NCBI GenBank assembly: GCA_002633005.1
Contig: NMRA01000037.1
Location: 716,703-780,702, forward strand
Source of the DNA: Phoronis australis
Taxonomy: Eukaryota; Animalia; Phoronida
DNA length: 64,000 nt
Direction: 5' to 3'
In this document: piece after piece, positions 37,101 through 50,685 of the stretch
How the letters are laid out: each line of letters opens with the position of its first letter
How positions within the stretch are numbered: the first letter of the stretch is position 1
Program-made: the position numbers and the translations under genes
The notes under the pieces: generated by a model
Databases searched by the model: none
What the model was told of the DNA's origin: nothing
What the model saw: the letters and a program-made list of their open reading frames with translations, nothing else

Positions 37101-40100
37101 TTATTCCCTGTCGATAACGTTAAATCTCTCTTGCATAGACGGCGCTAGTGTTTTCTCACGTGCCCTTGAACGAGCCATGCTGTCTGGTGAACTTTGAATT
37201 AATAGCGACGACGAACGAGCGCTGTCTTGTGACGTAGAACTCAATTCATGGACACTGGCATTAGTTGGGAAGATTCTACTTTGCACCTTATAGTCGTCCA
37301 AGCACAGCTCCTGAAAATTGAATACATGTATTGAAGTAAAAAACGAGACTCCATGATAGTAATTCAACCTTGGAACTATTTTTAAATGATTTGACCAGCC
37401 AACAAATTTACTCATAAAGCGTTTGCTGTGTTAAAACGGCAATAAACCCGTGTTCCGTCGAAAAAAACAAAATTTGATTTAAATCACCGGTGTAAAATTG
37501 ACCTCAATGTGATCCTTACTCGGGTGAGAAATGATTGACCATGCTCGGTGAATAAAATGACATGCTGTGACAAATCAACTTGTAGAGCCTAGTATTAAGG
37601 AGCTGGTAGTTCTGTACAGTTCCTTAAATCGCACCTGCTTTGAATAAGGAACAATTTGGGACAACTTTCATAAGGGTAAGTGATATAAACCAACAGTTGT
37701 TTTCGGGACGAGGACGCCGCTTTAAGCTAAAGGCGCTTTTTCGGTAACGTCGACGCGTCAGTGCTTTGGGGAGTTGCGGTTATATTTGGTCCTGGATAGA
37801 AATTAACAGCACCAGTTGACTTCGCAGTAAACCGGTGGATTAACAGCGTAGAGTCGACGCTGCGGTGCGATATGAGCGGTCAACTTCGGTCTCATCGAAG
37901 TTATTGCCAGGGGTCACTGCTATCGTCAACAATTAAAGGTCAGCGTGGACGCTAATAGTTGCTTGTATTTTGCTGGAATAATCACCAACCGATTTAGAAA
38001 TAAGTCAATTAGCACAGGTAAATGTTCTCAAATTTTCACATCAAAAATCTTAGGGTGCATGGGATGCATCAGCGCTACCTTGCGATTACTTCGATAGCGA
38101 CGGCGTCACCTCCCGTTTACTCGATGCCGTTACCGCAGCTGGTATGAATGATACAATTAACTTCGCAGTTTACGTCGACGCTCCGCTCATACGAAATGGC
38201 CTTCAGGATGAAATGCAAACGAAATATTGTATTGCTTCCGTGCACACAGATACAAACTGTCTAAACTTGCACCCTAATTGTATCAGCTTTTCCATGATAA
38301 ACAACAATGTCAAAGTAACACTTTTCACACTTTAAATTTTTTAAAAGGCAAACCTTAATTACAGAACTGCTCTGGCCGCCATCTTGTCCGTTCACTTTGC
38401 CCGGCCATCTTGCCCATCCACTTGAACCTTTCTTTGTTGCTGGGATCGAAGCCAGCAACGCCCCCTTTCGCTCACTTCGAACAAGGTCGACAACCTGTGC
38501 CCGATACTCGGACCAAACGAGTTCGGAAATGTATTTTTGAAGCAGTTCATCCTTGGAAGGAATTCTAAAACATGACGTATTGTATTAAATAAGCATAGTC
38601 ATCGTGTAACCGTTGAATCTTGCTCTGTAGTAAACGCGGTTGAAGGTAATTTTGCAAAATCTGTTTTTCTCACCATATTTGAAGTTAACTGAGGACGATG
38701 AAGATTAGGTATTTTCCTAGACACAGGTGGAATATTACAAAAACTGTCCATTTTGTAAACGAGGCCTGATTTTTCCTCAATTTATAGCAAGGGTAGTCCT
38801 ATAAAGGTCATATTACCGCTTGGGAGTGTAGTATCTGCGCATGAACTGGTCTATGCTAAATGGTGGCGCTAGCTCCTCCATCAATAATTTTGACACGCGC
38901 AGAAGTGTCGAACCTTTGCTGATCATGATAAGTGGCTCTGTCCGACTGCCAGGTAGCAGTATGCCAAAGTCCTGCAAGGATAAGACGTATTTCATTATGA
39001 TCATTTCTTCGTTGCCAAAAAATGGTGAATCAGACAGGTAGAGTCCCGCAGATACGTATAAGCACTGCACTAACAACATGTTCTACATGCAAAGTGTATA
39101 AACTCCTGCCCAACACCCACCCCCACCCATCTAACTAAAGAAAACCTCCCTACGCTTGTGCCGAGTGCCCGTTAGCGTCTGCAGGAGCCCCCTACAGTTT
39201 TGCAAGCGTGGCCTTGCGAGCCTGGACGCTACTGAAAGTGAGCGGAGGAGGCAGCGCAGGTAAATCTGCGGGAATAAAACGTTTGTAAATATCACTGAAG
39301 CACTTCCAATTTCCGTTGGAGAGGCCAAAGTCAAGATTATTCCCCATAAGTGTCTCAAGAATAGCAAACGCTATATTGATCGCACCCACGCACTTTCGAG
39401 GAGGCAAAGTGGTATTGGCAGCGCTTAAATAGCACGTGCGCCTCACAGGCATAGATTTTGTGTCATATTCCATATCCTCCGTAACACAGTCTCTCTGGTA
39501 TTTTCCTATAATCTCAAACAATAGCATTAGGAACACCACATGTAAGTGTACCCTCAAATTTCTCATATGAGGTGTTTTTAGCTGTGCATGTTCTACTCTC
39601 AGTGATATGGCGGATAATCAGGTGGTTTCAAAATGGCCGGAAATTTTCAAGATGGTTTGACTGACTCATATTTTATCTTCTCTTGACCAACACCCTGAGC
39701 TGAAACCTGGACAAAAATTATTCAGTTCGCTTTACTCACATAAATGAATGCCTCACAAATGAAGTCATTTTCCATTTTGAATGTCGAGTGACTGTCTACA
39801 ACTCGGGTAAATTTCGTAGCTTCAAATTAAACCTCGGAAATAATTCAAATGGAGATCGATTGTCTGTATGACTGAAATTCGCACATGCGCAGATGTGAAA
39901 CACGAGGAGAAATTCAAGGCTACGAAAATACCCGGAGTGTTCCACTGAGAATCTACAATTCGACCTTGTGCAATGCCCGGCTCTGATTTTGCAAACACAT
40001 GAACGTATTTGGTCCAGTTTCCAATTAAAAGACGATCCTGCACTTACGCTATGGTCGCCTTCTCGTAATTCCTCCACCTTGGAAAAACATTCTTTTTGGT

Positions 40101-43100
40101 GAGCTCCCTCTCCCGGTATTTGCAGTAAGCGGCCGGAATATTTTGCGTACGATTTATTCTTGATTTGTTCCATAGCGCCAAGGACATTGAACTGCTTTAC
40201 TAGGATTACTCCGCCCTAAAATGCAGACGTAAAGTAACTGCAGTTGTTAATCGTAAAGCGTCGCTGTAAGCTGTAATGTGCAAACAAGTGCGCAATTTGC
40301 GTTTGTCATAGCTAACACTGGTAGCCGATAGAGGGCAGCGCGATTTGAGACTTCATAATGTAGAAAATTCAGTTTACTGCAGATGCGCTCAAATCACAGT
40401 TAGATGATTTTTGCTCTATAAAGTAAACTTGCAGACGACGATGCTCAGGAGTGTTTCTTACCTTAGCAACAAAATAAATATGTTTTGCCGTGGACCAGTC
40501 CTTTTCTATGACTTTGCCATGGGGGATACACTGAAGCTGGGACTCAAAACAAAGTTTAGTTAGCTTGTCCTCGGGCCAGTTGTGAAACATGCTGTGTCTC
40601 CTGCAACAATGTTTTAAAGTTCCATTTAAATATTCATTTCACATATTTATTTGGTGATCAATACATGTAAAAGACTCTCGTATCCAGCGCCACATGTGCT
40701 CATTGGATAACAGTCAAGATGAGGAGGCACTGAACATTTCTCATGGGGGGTTGCCTATCAGAACACACGTCAATGCACTCGTCACCCTTTCTTCACTCTG
40801 TCAAAAACTGCATGTAAATAAAGAAATGTTTTGAGTCATTTCACATCACAAGCCCTACAGATGAGCACAGAAACTTTATTCTCTCTTGTATTTTTGACCC
40901 TTTCACTCCCAGTGGAAACCAAGCTGAACTAAGAAAAATAAGAGCAAAAAATACAAAATCGGCACTTTTCACCCCAATATCACCACTTCCCTGCCGATGC
41001 TCGACTAAAGCCAACATTAGATTCCGAAAGCAAATTTCCTACCGATTCCAAAAATGTGGTAAAAACGTACTGTCAACCAACTAGATTTTTTGCAAATCTG
41101 GCTTGTTTGAGGGCTACCGGAAATCGCGGCCAATTTCTCAGTTGCTATACAGCAATGCACAATTTCAACAGGGGGGCCACCATCTTGAAGAAGAGAGCAG
41201 CTACAGCCGAGAAAGTGGCCTTTTTTCATTCTCAGCATGTTCACACTGACAAAAAACACATTCACTTGGTATACATACAATACCTAACTAAAAAATGCCC
41301 CCAAGCCTGGCCTACCCCTAGATTTTAATATTTTGGAGTGCAAATTGGCCGCGGCCGCAGCCTAACTATTCAGTGCCACCTGACGACACGAGTGTATATG
41401 CATAAAGTTAAGTAGAGCTTATACCTTAACGGGTAATTGCAAAACTATCAAACAGCGGAGGATTTCGAAATTTTGCGGTCCGGTACGCTGCATGCTCGCG
41501 TAGCCAGTTGCAGGTAAACAAAAAAAAGTTATCGACATTTTCGAGAAATTAGCAGTAGCCTGGAATCATCGAAGTCACAAACTCTGAAATGGCAGCCGAA
41601 CGCCCATCGTTGACCCAAGTTCAACACGTTAGGTAGCCGAGCATCTCAAGCGCACCAAATGGTAGACATCACGGGCAAAGATATTTGCCCCGGGTCTTGA
41701 TTTCAGCGAATGTCTATGGACAACGCCGAGAACAGACGATTTGAAATAAAATCACGAAAACAAAACGGATTTGTATTTTATTTCTCTTGTCAAGGCTAAT
41801 AACTTCAAGAAGTATGTGCTTTTCAACAATAACTCCAATTTGTGTTTCTGGGACGTAAAAAAACGATAATGTCCCAATAAGCTCTGTCTACTCACTTCGA
41901 TTTTTCGTGTACGACTTTGTATCGACAATCGGACTGATAAAAGACTCTTGACCAAAAGTAGAATACGACTTTTCTTGAATAGATCAAAAATCGGAGTAAA
42001 ACCGGATATTTTTTATTTCAATCGCCAAGTCGTATACGACATTCTTGCTCGAAGAGCCGCTATGGAATACCTGTTTATACACTCCGCATAAGTTATATAC
42101 GACTGTCGACTTCAGAGTCGTATGCGACTAAACTGAGTGTATGACTTTGTTCACTGCTCTGTCATTTGGTATATTGTTTTTGATTAAATGGTATGCGTTC
42201 AAACTCGTTTTAAGTTTTGAAACGGAAATGTGTCCTCGATGTTCTATTCAGGAAATAAGTTAGCAGTTGCCCTTTAAAAATGGTTTGTTCCCTGAAGTCG
42301 TCATCTTCGAAGTAATGTGTTGTTGAAATCTTCCAACCCTTTCTGCAAAGGAGAGTTTTGTCTTACTCACTTGGCAATTCTTATTTTTTCTTCAAGTTCT
42401 CTGCTAAATATATCGGGACACAACTCCATGAACGTGGGCTTGTCGATTTGGAATAATTCTGTAGATTCCCGGCAAATAATTGATGCAGTGCGCGTGCCGT
42501 CGCTTAGAAACGCCAACTCCTGAAATTGAAAAAGATTTATTTAAATCGAAAATTCGTCCGAATCAAAAATAAATCGTTTATAACCCTTTACATTTTAGAT
42601 ACCGCATTACGAAAATGAGAAAGTTTTTAAGTCCGTGAAAAGCAAAGACGGTGTTGTGCATGCTTGCCTGTGTTACCTGCTTCATTCTGAAACCCGTCAC
42701 AGTGAATACAAGACGTACTTTACAACTGTTATTGTTATATTCCTGAGGGGGTGATTTTTAACAATAAAATATTCAGATTGAAACGAAAAATCTCCTACCA
42801 CAGAACTAATATTAAACTAAAATTGATGAAGATAGATTTAATGATTTAATTAATTGTATTTTTACTTGTTTACTTGTTTACAAGATGGAAAATTTCGTCA
42901 GGAGACGACAACTAAGATTTTTGGGAGCCGTGTTCTTACGAAACTGTTCTACTTGAACATATGTGCATTAAAAACTATTTTTATGGAAGCTGTCGCTGTC
43001 AATTACATCAGTCTTGAGACTTCAAACCAATGGTGTTAGAACAAAAGCTAACTTTGAGTACGCATGAACATGAAAACATGTTCAATCGATGAACTAATTA

Positions 43101-46100
43101 GTTGCGTTAAACCGTGATTTATTTTCAGCATTCCGTCCATCTGAAATGGTCCACTAAGATTTTTTAAAGAGAAAAATGTCAAAACAAATATTTCTTTGTA
43201 AAAAAATAATTTAGTCTTGACATGTCTCGACGTGTCCAACAACACCCTCAGAAATAAAATGAAGCCATCTAACGGCGTGGATTGTAATGAGGGTGTGTAT
43301 AGCTCACGCTCACAATGTTCTAGCTTTGTTAGATGGCCTTTTCCTGTTCCCGAGGATGATGTTGGACACATCGAAACAAGTCAAGACTTAAACACCTCGT
43401 TGTTGTTTAACATTATAATTTACTTTTCTTCCCCCACAAATATTTCTTTGTTGTAAAAGACGCAATTTACAAACAATAAAAATGTGCTACAGCAAGAGTA
43501 AACGTGGTGTTTCTATTCAAATGAATTTAATTAATTTCTCGCTGTGCTCAGGCGTCGACTATTGTTGTTTATCTGCTATGTGAATCGACTTTGGCAATAG
43601 TTTTTAACAATATTTTCACTCACTCCAAAACTTTGCCCTTGTCCAATAACTGCCTCGGTCCTCGTTATGTTGCAGCCAGCTTCATCGTCAAACGACTCCA
43701 ACTGTACAAATACGGACCCTGAGTAGATAAAGTAGAAATTGGCCGCCGGGTGCCCTTGGCGTAGTACCACTCGACCTTTTTCACAACTGAAATTTGATTT
43801 TACTTTAACTAGTGCATGCAGTAACCACGACATTAAGAGAAGTAGAGTTATTGCAGAGATTGGCGATTTTAAAATTGTGATAATGTGTACTTTGGAAGCA
43901 CGGAATAAAAAGTGACAAACCATTCTGCCCTGTTTAGCTGGCTAAAAACGGAAATCGAACATCGAATTAGTCCTTTTGTTCTCATAAAATCCGAATCGTG
44001 ATATTCTTAACCGTGATAGAATTCTATTTCCTCTACAGACAAGAACACCAAAGCCAGCAGCGATCCTAAAAACGCTTCAAGGTTTATTGGGGTTGCCCAA
44101 CCCTGAAATTACGTGTTCGAAAATGGCGCGCGTATGCAATGTTTATGGCTTCAGTTGCCAGCTCATTCGGCAACAATTCAAGATCACCTGATGTTTTGAA
44201 ATCCTAAAGCACTTCCGTTAATGATTCAACATTTACGATTAAACAGCGACGAAATGCAGCCCTTTATTTAATAGGTAAAACTAAAATATGCATCCACCAT
44301 CTTTAAATAGAGTAATAAAATATTCATAATGAATTGTTACATTCTAGCTGAAACGTGTGTATTGTATCAAATGTGCAACAGAAGAATTGGTAGACATGGA
44401 TTAATTATGTAACATCTAGCAACTGTCATACCTGTGCAATCTATCTAATTAAATATGTAACGGTCGATGGCGTACGAATATCACAGTAACACCAGCGATT
44501 ACAAAATTAAGACGCTTTCATTGGTTTACTTACTACGTATACGACGCCACGTGACATATATGTTTCTGCATATTTTCAGTGAATTTTTCTTGAAAACTCT
44601 TCATAGTTTTCATGATGGCGTGCAGTTTGCGTAGATCCTCTTCCGTTCTGTCGTTCGGCTTCTTACCTGCTGTCACCTGTGCCCACGTAGGGAGGCGAAG
44701 CTGGGGAGAACAGCAGAGCTATACATATAGTTATAAATGTCTTGTGATAGCACCAATTTGCAAAATCCAGAATGATGCGTTTTTAATAAAAATGCACAAA
44801 ACACATTCACACTATCCATAAACACAAATTCAAAATTCAAATTAAGACTTTTTCCTTGAATTCTGTTTGTCTTTAAAAAAGTGAGGTCCTGTTTGAAAGA
44901 TAGTTATTTGGACAGGTTTTTGTTAAACGTGGAAAACATATAAGGCAAGAAAATAAGCGTGTCTAAGTACGCAGGTTTGCGACATTATAATATTAAGCAA
45001 TTGCATTTGTTTATCTAGTTGTTTTATTCAAGAGGGAAATCAACAATTGGTCGGACTTCAAAACCCCTTGCCCGGACGTCAAAACGAGCTGGCTGGAATG
45101 CAAAACCTAATGGCCGGGGATCTAACTTGGTGGTCGGATCTCAAAACGCAATGTCCGGTACCTCAAAACCAGATGGCCGCACACAAAAAATGGTAGGCCG
45201 AACATAAAACGGGTTGGCCGGCGCTTTAACACAATGGCCGGACAAATCCCAGACCAACGCACCGGCCATCGTGTTTTAGGTCCAGCCAATTAGTTATTTG
45301 GGTGAGGCCATCGCGTTTTGAAATCCGGGCCACAGGTTTGATCATCAGCCACTTGATTTACAGTCCTGGCCACGGGTTTTGAAGTCTGAGCAAGTTGTTT
45401 TGAAGACCGAGCAAGTTGTTTTGAAGTCCGAGCAAGTTGTTTTGAAGTCCGAGCAATTGTTGATTATCCCCTTGTTATTGCTTTGGTGCACTCATACTGT
45501 CTCTCTCTCACACTGCGCAAGAAATCACGCAAAATCGTGTTCACCGACCAATCCGCGGTATTCCCATCCAAAACTAGGCCACACTTTGCCCTATGACATG
45601 AATCCACAGGTGGGCGCGCGTGTTCGCCTCGCATTTGAATTCCCCTTGAAGAAAGTCGTGTTTACTTTTCGAAAACTGCGAAAAACTCTTATTTTTAAAG
45701 CTGTATTTATTAAACCTTCTTATTTTGATAGCGTATCGTGCATGGGGCTTCCTAGAGAGTCACTAATGCAAAACACATCGCTGCTCTAGTCGGCTTTGGC
45801 TCGACGGACGTTATTAAAAACAGGTTGCCGGGCGTTGTTGCAAATTTTCTCATTACACCCGAAGTGACCGTGTTATGAGGGATCCGCTGACAGGTAGCGA
45901 TGTCCTCGCACGTCCGCACATCACCTTAACGGGCATTGACGTACATGCTAAATCGCGTAGAACTCTTCCAACGACGAATGTAAACAAAAACCTTGTCGCC
46001 GTGTCTTAAGTTTTTTGAGGAGCTAACCATGCTTGAGCTGTGTTCACAGGAATTCAAAACCGACATTCTGGTAGACAGATAGGACCCATTAACGTAAGCA

Positions 46101-49100
46101 TTTAATTTTTTTAAAAATTGGGTCGCATGCAGCTTTGTTTGGAACCGTTTACAGTTTTCAACGTTTCAATTATATACAAACCTTACATCACGAAAATAAC
46201 TATACTAATAATTACTGTATCATAGTAAATATAATTATAAATGTTATTGACAATAATTATATTGACAGTGATAATCATAATAATAGTTACCTAAATAACG
46301 ATGACGGTGACGGTGATGGCAATAATAATGATAATAATGATAACGATGACTGCACTTACAACAACTTAGTAGTTTACATTAGATGAACTATAATGAAAGT
46401 GATTGTGTAAATTCCAGTTTTTATCGAACGGTTATTTAACCAAACCCTTAATAACATGTCAATTTCAGCATTCTCGTTTTTTTAAACGACAATTATGCTA
46501 TAACGAAACCTACTCGGTAACGAACCAAAAGTGAAAATTTCATAGAAATCCGCACTTATCACGATCTGGAGCCAGGTAATCCTCCGCCATTTTGGAACTA
46601 TCGTCAGTTCTCGCCGAGCCCAGAAATAAACTTCTAATCTTAGCTACGAACTACTTGAGCTCATTTATTTTTTGACAAAGGGAGGGTTCACAGCAGGTTC
46701 AATTTCATGCTGTGCGAATTCAAACAGTCATATCACAGCAAGACTACGTTACAATTTTAATCTTTTCGAGGAAGAAAACACCATGTAGCTATTGTAACGT
46801 GCATCGTTTGAAAAGTGGCAATTAAAATGAAAATAAATCACTTCGTAAGACTTGAAGTTCTTAACATTTTCACATCAACAACCGAATCAACGAATGATTT
46901 GTAACCTGGTAAACAAACTAAATGTTGTAAAGAAGTTCTAGGCCCAGTTGTATAAAAGTTATACGCCGTATAGGAACAATGACGTCGCATTATCACGCGC
47001 CACGTTCTTATTGTTAAACAATGCACCTGGCGTCATGCAACAACCAATCATATCCAACGGATAATTTTGAAGTTTTGTGCAATCCAGCCCTGGTGTATAC
47101 GTGCATGAAAAGTAATTACTAATGTACGGGAATGAAAAAAATTAATTAATTATCTACCATGCATCTCCTAGAGAATTGCCTCTTGTCGAATGACAGCGTC
47201 TTGCTCGACAATCCTGGGTTAGCGGCGTAAAAATACAACTCGGAATCCTGGGACGTTTCAGTGGAGTCCATTGTTGCCTTCTTCAGGCGATAGAATATTG
47301 AAGATATGGCGCGTACAAGTTGTAAGGTTCGCCAGAGTAAACGGCGCAACTGAAAATTAGAGTCACGACAAGATTATACATTTCTTTGATAACTCTGTAA
47401 AAGAAAGAAAATCGTGTCTTTACATTTGAAATCGCGTTTTACAGTACAAAAAACATAGAGGTTTTCGTTTTTCATCCTGCCATGGTCGAGGACGAAGATA
47501 AGAATTTAGAAAGCTTACAGTCTTAGCGTTCGCCAAGCTAGCCTCTCTTTTTCGAAAACTTATCGACTTGGTGCATTAAGATGTTCATGGTTGTTGTACT
47601 TAGATTCCAAATCGAAAGGAAAACGAAATCGAAATCGAACCTACATCTCTTGAAATAATCTTTTAATTTTCCTGCCCACATGAGAATATTGATGTTTGTC
47701 TCTTGTGGCCTTGTACTATAAATATTGAACCAAAAATCTAGAGTGGAATTGATACCGCTTTTCGGAACATTGAGTGTAGGGTCAAAGTCTATTAATAAAA
47801 AATGTGGTGTAGTCGTTTTCTCCAGTGACTCCTTGTCACGGTTGCAAAAAAGTTATATTGTTCCAGTCGACTCTTGTGTACAAGTGAGTGATCTTCGGCT
47901 GAGAGTAACTTGGGTATAGCGTACTATTCACGGGAATCGAAAGACTCAGCCCCGCAATCTCCAAAACAGGCAGAGCCAACCAGCATGAAGTGATTTTCAG
48001 AAGTTTAGTGTCAACTGTGGCGGACAACTTTGGAAATTTTCAGTTTGAAACTAGCTGATAAATTTTTCAGCTTATATTTCAAGATTTCTTATTCAGGTCC
48101 AATTAAAGAAGAGGGGGAAATGGCTTAAAATTCTAAATTTCTTCTCATTTAAAGCAGCAATAACCCCACGTTCGAAAAAAATTAAATTTTGATTTTGGCC
48201 ATTTTCCGCTATAATGTTGTTTCTCAACTTGTTTCCTACTCGGATGATAAGTGACTTTGGTCTTATAAAGAACTGACAGTCCGTTGCTTTTTGAGACCAT
48301 GACACGCCGTGACAAGCAATAAGGAATTTCAAATTCCTTAGGAGCCCAGAATTGAATTACGTAACAGTAGGGGTATAAATCAAAAACGTGTTTTTGTGAC
48401 GGCAAGCCGGTTAATAGTCGTTTTATTTTATTTGACATCTGGCATCACTTGAGGAACAGTTTAGATTAAACCGGTGTCTGTTGAAATTCGTTTTACGTAA
48501 TTTAAGTTAAAACGAAATAGGAAGGGTATCTTTGATTATTGTTTGTTACGTACACGAATCCGCCTCTCTTCGGGACTTTCAAACACTTCATTATCCTCAA
48601 CAGATGTCAGTATTGTACTCCTGCGGCTCTGTCTTCGAGATTTCCTTCTCGACGTATCATATTCCGGCATTTCGTTCTCCATACTGTTAAAAGACTGTCG
48701 ACTTCTCAAAACACCCCTGCATTGCCCGTCCCCGTCCCACGCTGCTGAGGACGAGTCTGATGTGCTTGACTTTTTAGTTTCTAAAGCTCCTTCGTGAAAT
48801 TCCGTTGAATTCCGCACATCACTTCGGAAGTTTTTTGGAGTGGGACAGTCTGGACCTCTTGAACTCTGTTCGGACCTGATTCTTTCCCGGGGGTAATACA
48901 ATGACGCCTTGATACTGTTGTTGCGGTTGTCACTGCGAGGATATATTGATTTTGACGCTTGAAATTTATCCTCATTGGTGATTGGGAATATTGATGAATA
49001 TCGTACACAGCTAGGTTTACGCCTTGTATTGGGTACATTGCTTTCTTTCGCAATCACCGACTCCGTTCGATCACAAGAAGTCATACCTGTATTGGGTCGT

Positions 49101-50552
49101 TTATCTGTACTACATACTAGATATCGCACTTTTGATTCAGTTCTAATGTTTGCGTCACCGGAAGTGGCTCTGTGTTTAAGCGTGTTTGAAGTTCTCTTGA
49201 GGATCGGGGAGGTTAAAGGTCGCGCGCACGAATCTGTAAAAGAAGAAATTGAAACACTTGACTGAAATCAAGCTGTCACCGAGATAGTAGCAATAGATAA
49301 ATTGTCATCGGAAAGACATATTGAAAATACTGTCGAGTGGAAATCACTTGTTATGTACACCCTCTGTCAACACAATCTTGCACTTCGTGTTGATACAACA
49401 ACGGTCCCAAGAACTCCTCTTCAGATTTATCTAACTTAGCATTCCTTCGTGAAGCATTCAATAAGAAATTCTTAGTTGCCCACATTTTGTTTTCAAATCT
49501 CAGTCTTTCAGCTTCTGCCATTTCAGGTTGAAGACTGCTTACTTATTACGACAATGTGCCTAATAGACCTTCATTCACAATCAAAAAAACAATCATATTA
49601 ATCAAAAATCTTAAGCTTATTTTCCAATTTGGAGTCCATTAACATCTTCCAATCATTGCTTTAAATTGCTAATAATGTTTCCGAAAGTTACCTATAAGTT
49701 TTCTCCAATTGATACAGTAACAGCTCGGTACGTAGTTCAGTGGAACAAACTCACCACCCAGTGATAAAAATGAAAAATCATAACCATTAAGTGTTATATC
49801 AAAAACGCAAAAGTGTTCATATCTCCTGCCGTTAAATCCCTCTATTTGTTCAATTAAAAGTGAGCGAAGTAATTGCATCCGTTTAAACTTTACCTTGAAC
49901 ATTTTATGATTCTGTAAGTGTCTCACATAATGCTGTTTATTCGACGGTGCATTGTCTATATAAATCCCATTCATTAAACAATTCAAATCTAATGGGATTT
50001 GAGTGCGATACGTACATACTTAGTCTGTGCAAATTTATGCCAATCGTGTATTCCCGATTTTGGCACGCGCGCAGGTTCTCAAGAAAACGGTACTGTGTGA
50101 GTATTCCTCACGTGAAGAGACTAAGTGATCAACTTGAAACGTCGATTGTGTTTCAATATTTTATATGCGCAATTAGCAAACCACTTACGATAATTCCCGT
50201 GTGCTTCTGCTGTGGTATTATCGGAAACCTGTGGCCATGAAACCATGTAGTTGTATTGCACTTAAATTTGCAGAACTTCTGAACCACAGCGGCTTGGAAG
50301 CTTGTGAATCAAGTAATTAAAACACCCAACTCACTGTGTTTGAATTAGGTCTATATTGAGTTCTGTTTTTACTACAACTCAAAATACAGTTTTCATCTGA
50401 TTTTTATTATTTATGTACGTTTATTGTAAAAATTATAATTCACTATGAATAGCGTGTGCCCAGATAGTGTCAAAGCATGATATCCGGTTGTATTACCTTT
50501 ACGCAAAAACATTAGGATTGAATTCACCAATCTTGATACCTTGTTTCCACAT
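37101..50552 (-). CDS. CNBD2: Cyclic nucleotide-binding domain protein (CNBD2-like), ~748 aa, 11 coding exons
   Basis: Phase-consistent GT-AG exons: 50552-50540 (MWKQ, least certain), 49233-48554, 47349-47158, 44700-44534, 43786-43624, 42519-42371, 40600-40462, 40215-40048, 38971-38817, 38564-38354 and 37310-37101 (2247 nt). Motifs: KKPNDRTEEDL; GRVVLRQGHPAANFYFIYSGSVFV...GQSFGELAFLSDGTRTASIICRESTELFQIDK (CNBD 1); MFHNWPEDKL...KHIYFVAKGGV (CNBD 2). Exact orthology (CNBD2 vs CNBD1 or a lineage-specific paralog) is unverified. Confidence 0.85.
40723..41380. mobile_element. 658-bp PIF/Harbinger-like MITE, copy 2 (intron of CNBD2-like gene)
   Basis: tga|GGAGGCACTGAA ... TTCAGTGCCACC|tga: a 12-bp TIR with 1 mismatch and 3-bp TSD TGA. 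Homologous to 8334-8991. Confidence 0.88.
45029..45474. mobile_element. Foldback-type element built from ~21-bp subrepeats, 5-bp TSD TTATT
   Basis: ttatt|caagagggaaatcaacaattggtcggacttcaaaac ... gttttgaagtccgagcaattgttgattatccccttg|ttatt. The unit gttttgaagtccgagcaagtt is tandem at 45376-45460 and decays inward on both arms. Confidence 0.8.
46193..46350. repeat. Degenerate (AAT/GAT)n microsatellite
   Basis: Runs of aat/gat/gac triplets. Confidence 0.7.
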
Positions 50553-50671
50553 TGTTGTGTTACACGTAGCTGTGCCTCTTGTGTGGTGTTATCGATCGCG
50601 ATTATTTATATATGTCACTTCGTATTTTCGATATGAAGTGATCTCTCCACGTGCTTCAGAATATCTCCGCC

Positions 50672-50685
50672 GTTGCTATGGAAGC
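50672..50685. promoter_or_regulatory. RFX X-box-like motif upstream of the CNBD2-like gene
   Basis: GTTGCTATGGAAGC is one mismatch from GTTGCYATGGAAAC, ~120 nt upstream of the predicted ATG at 50552. A second half-site, atggcaac, lies at 51104-51111. Confidence 0.5.

Noticed and set aside
45376-45460. Regular 21-bp repeats resembling a CRISPR array or a coding repeat (ORF 45379-45789)
   Set aside because: No unique spacers and no cas genes; they are subrepeats in the arm of a foldback transposon in eukaryotic DNA.
49351-49521. Minus-strand ATG ORF (MAEAERLRFENKMW...) as first exon of the CNBD2-like gene
   Set aside because: No convincing phase-1 donor to join the 49233 exon; the 50552-50540 exon fits phase and promoter context better. 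Not fully excluded.
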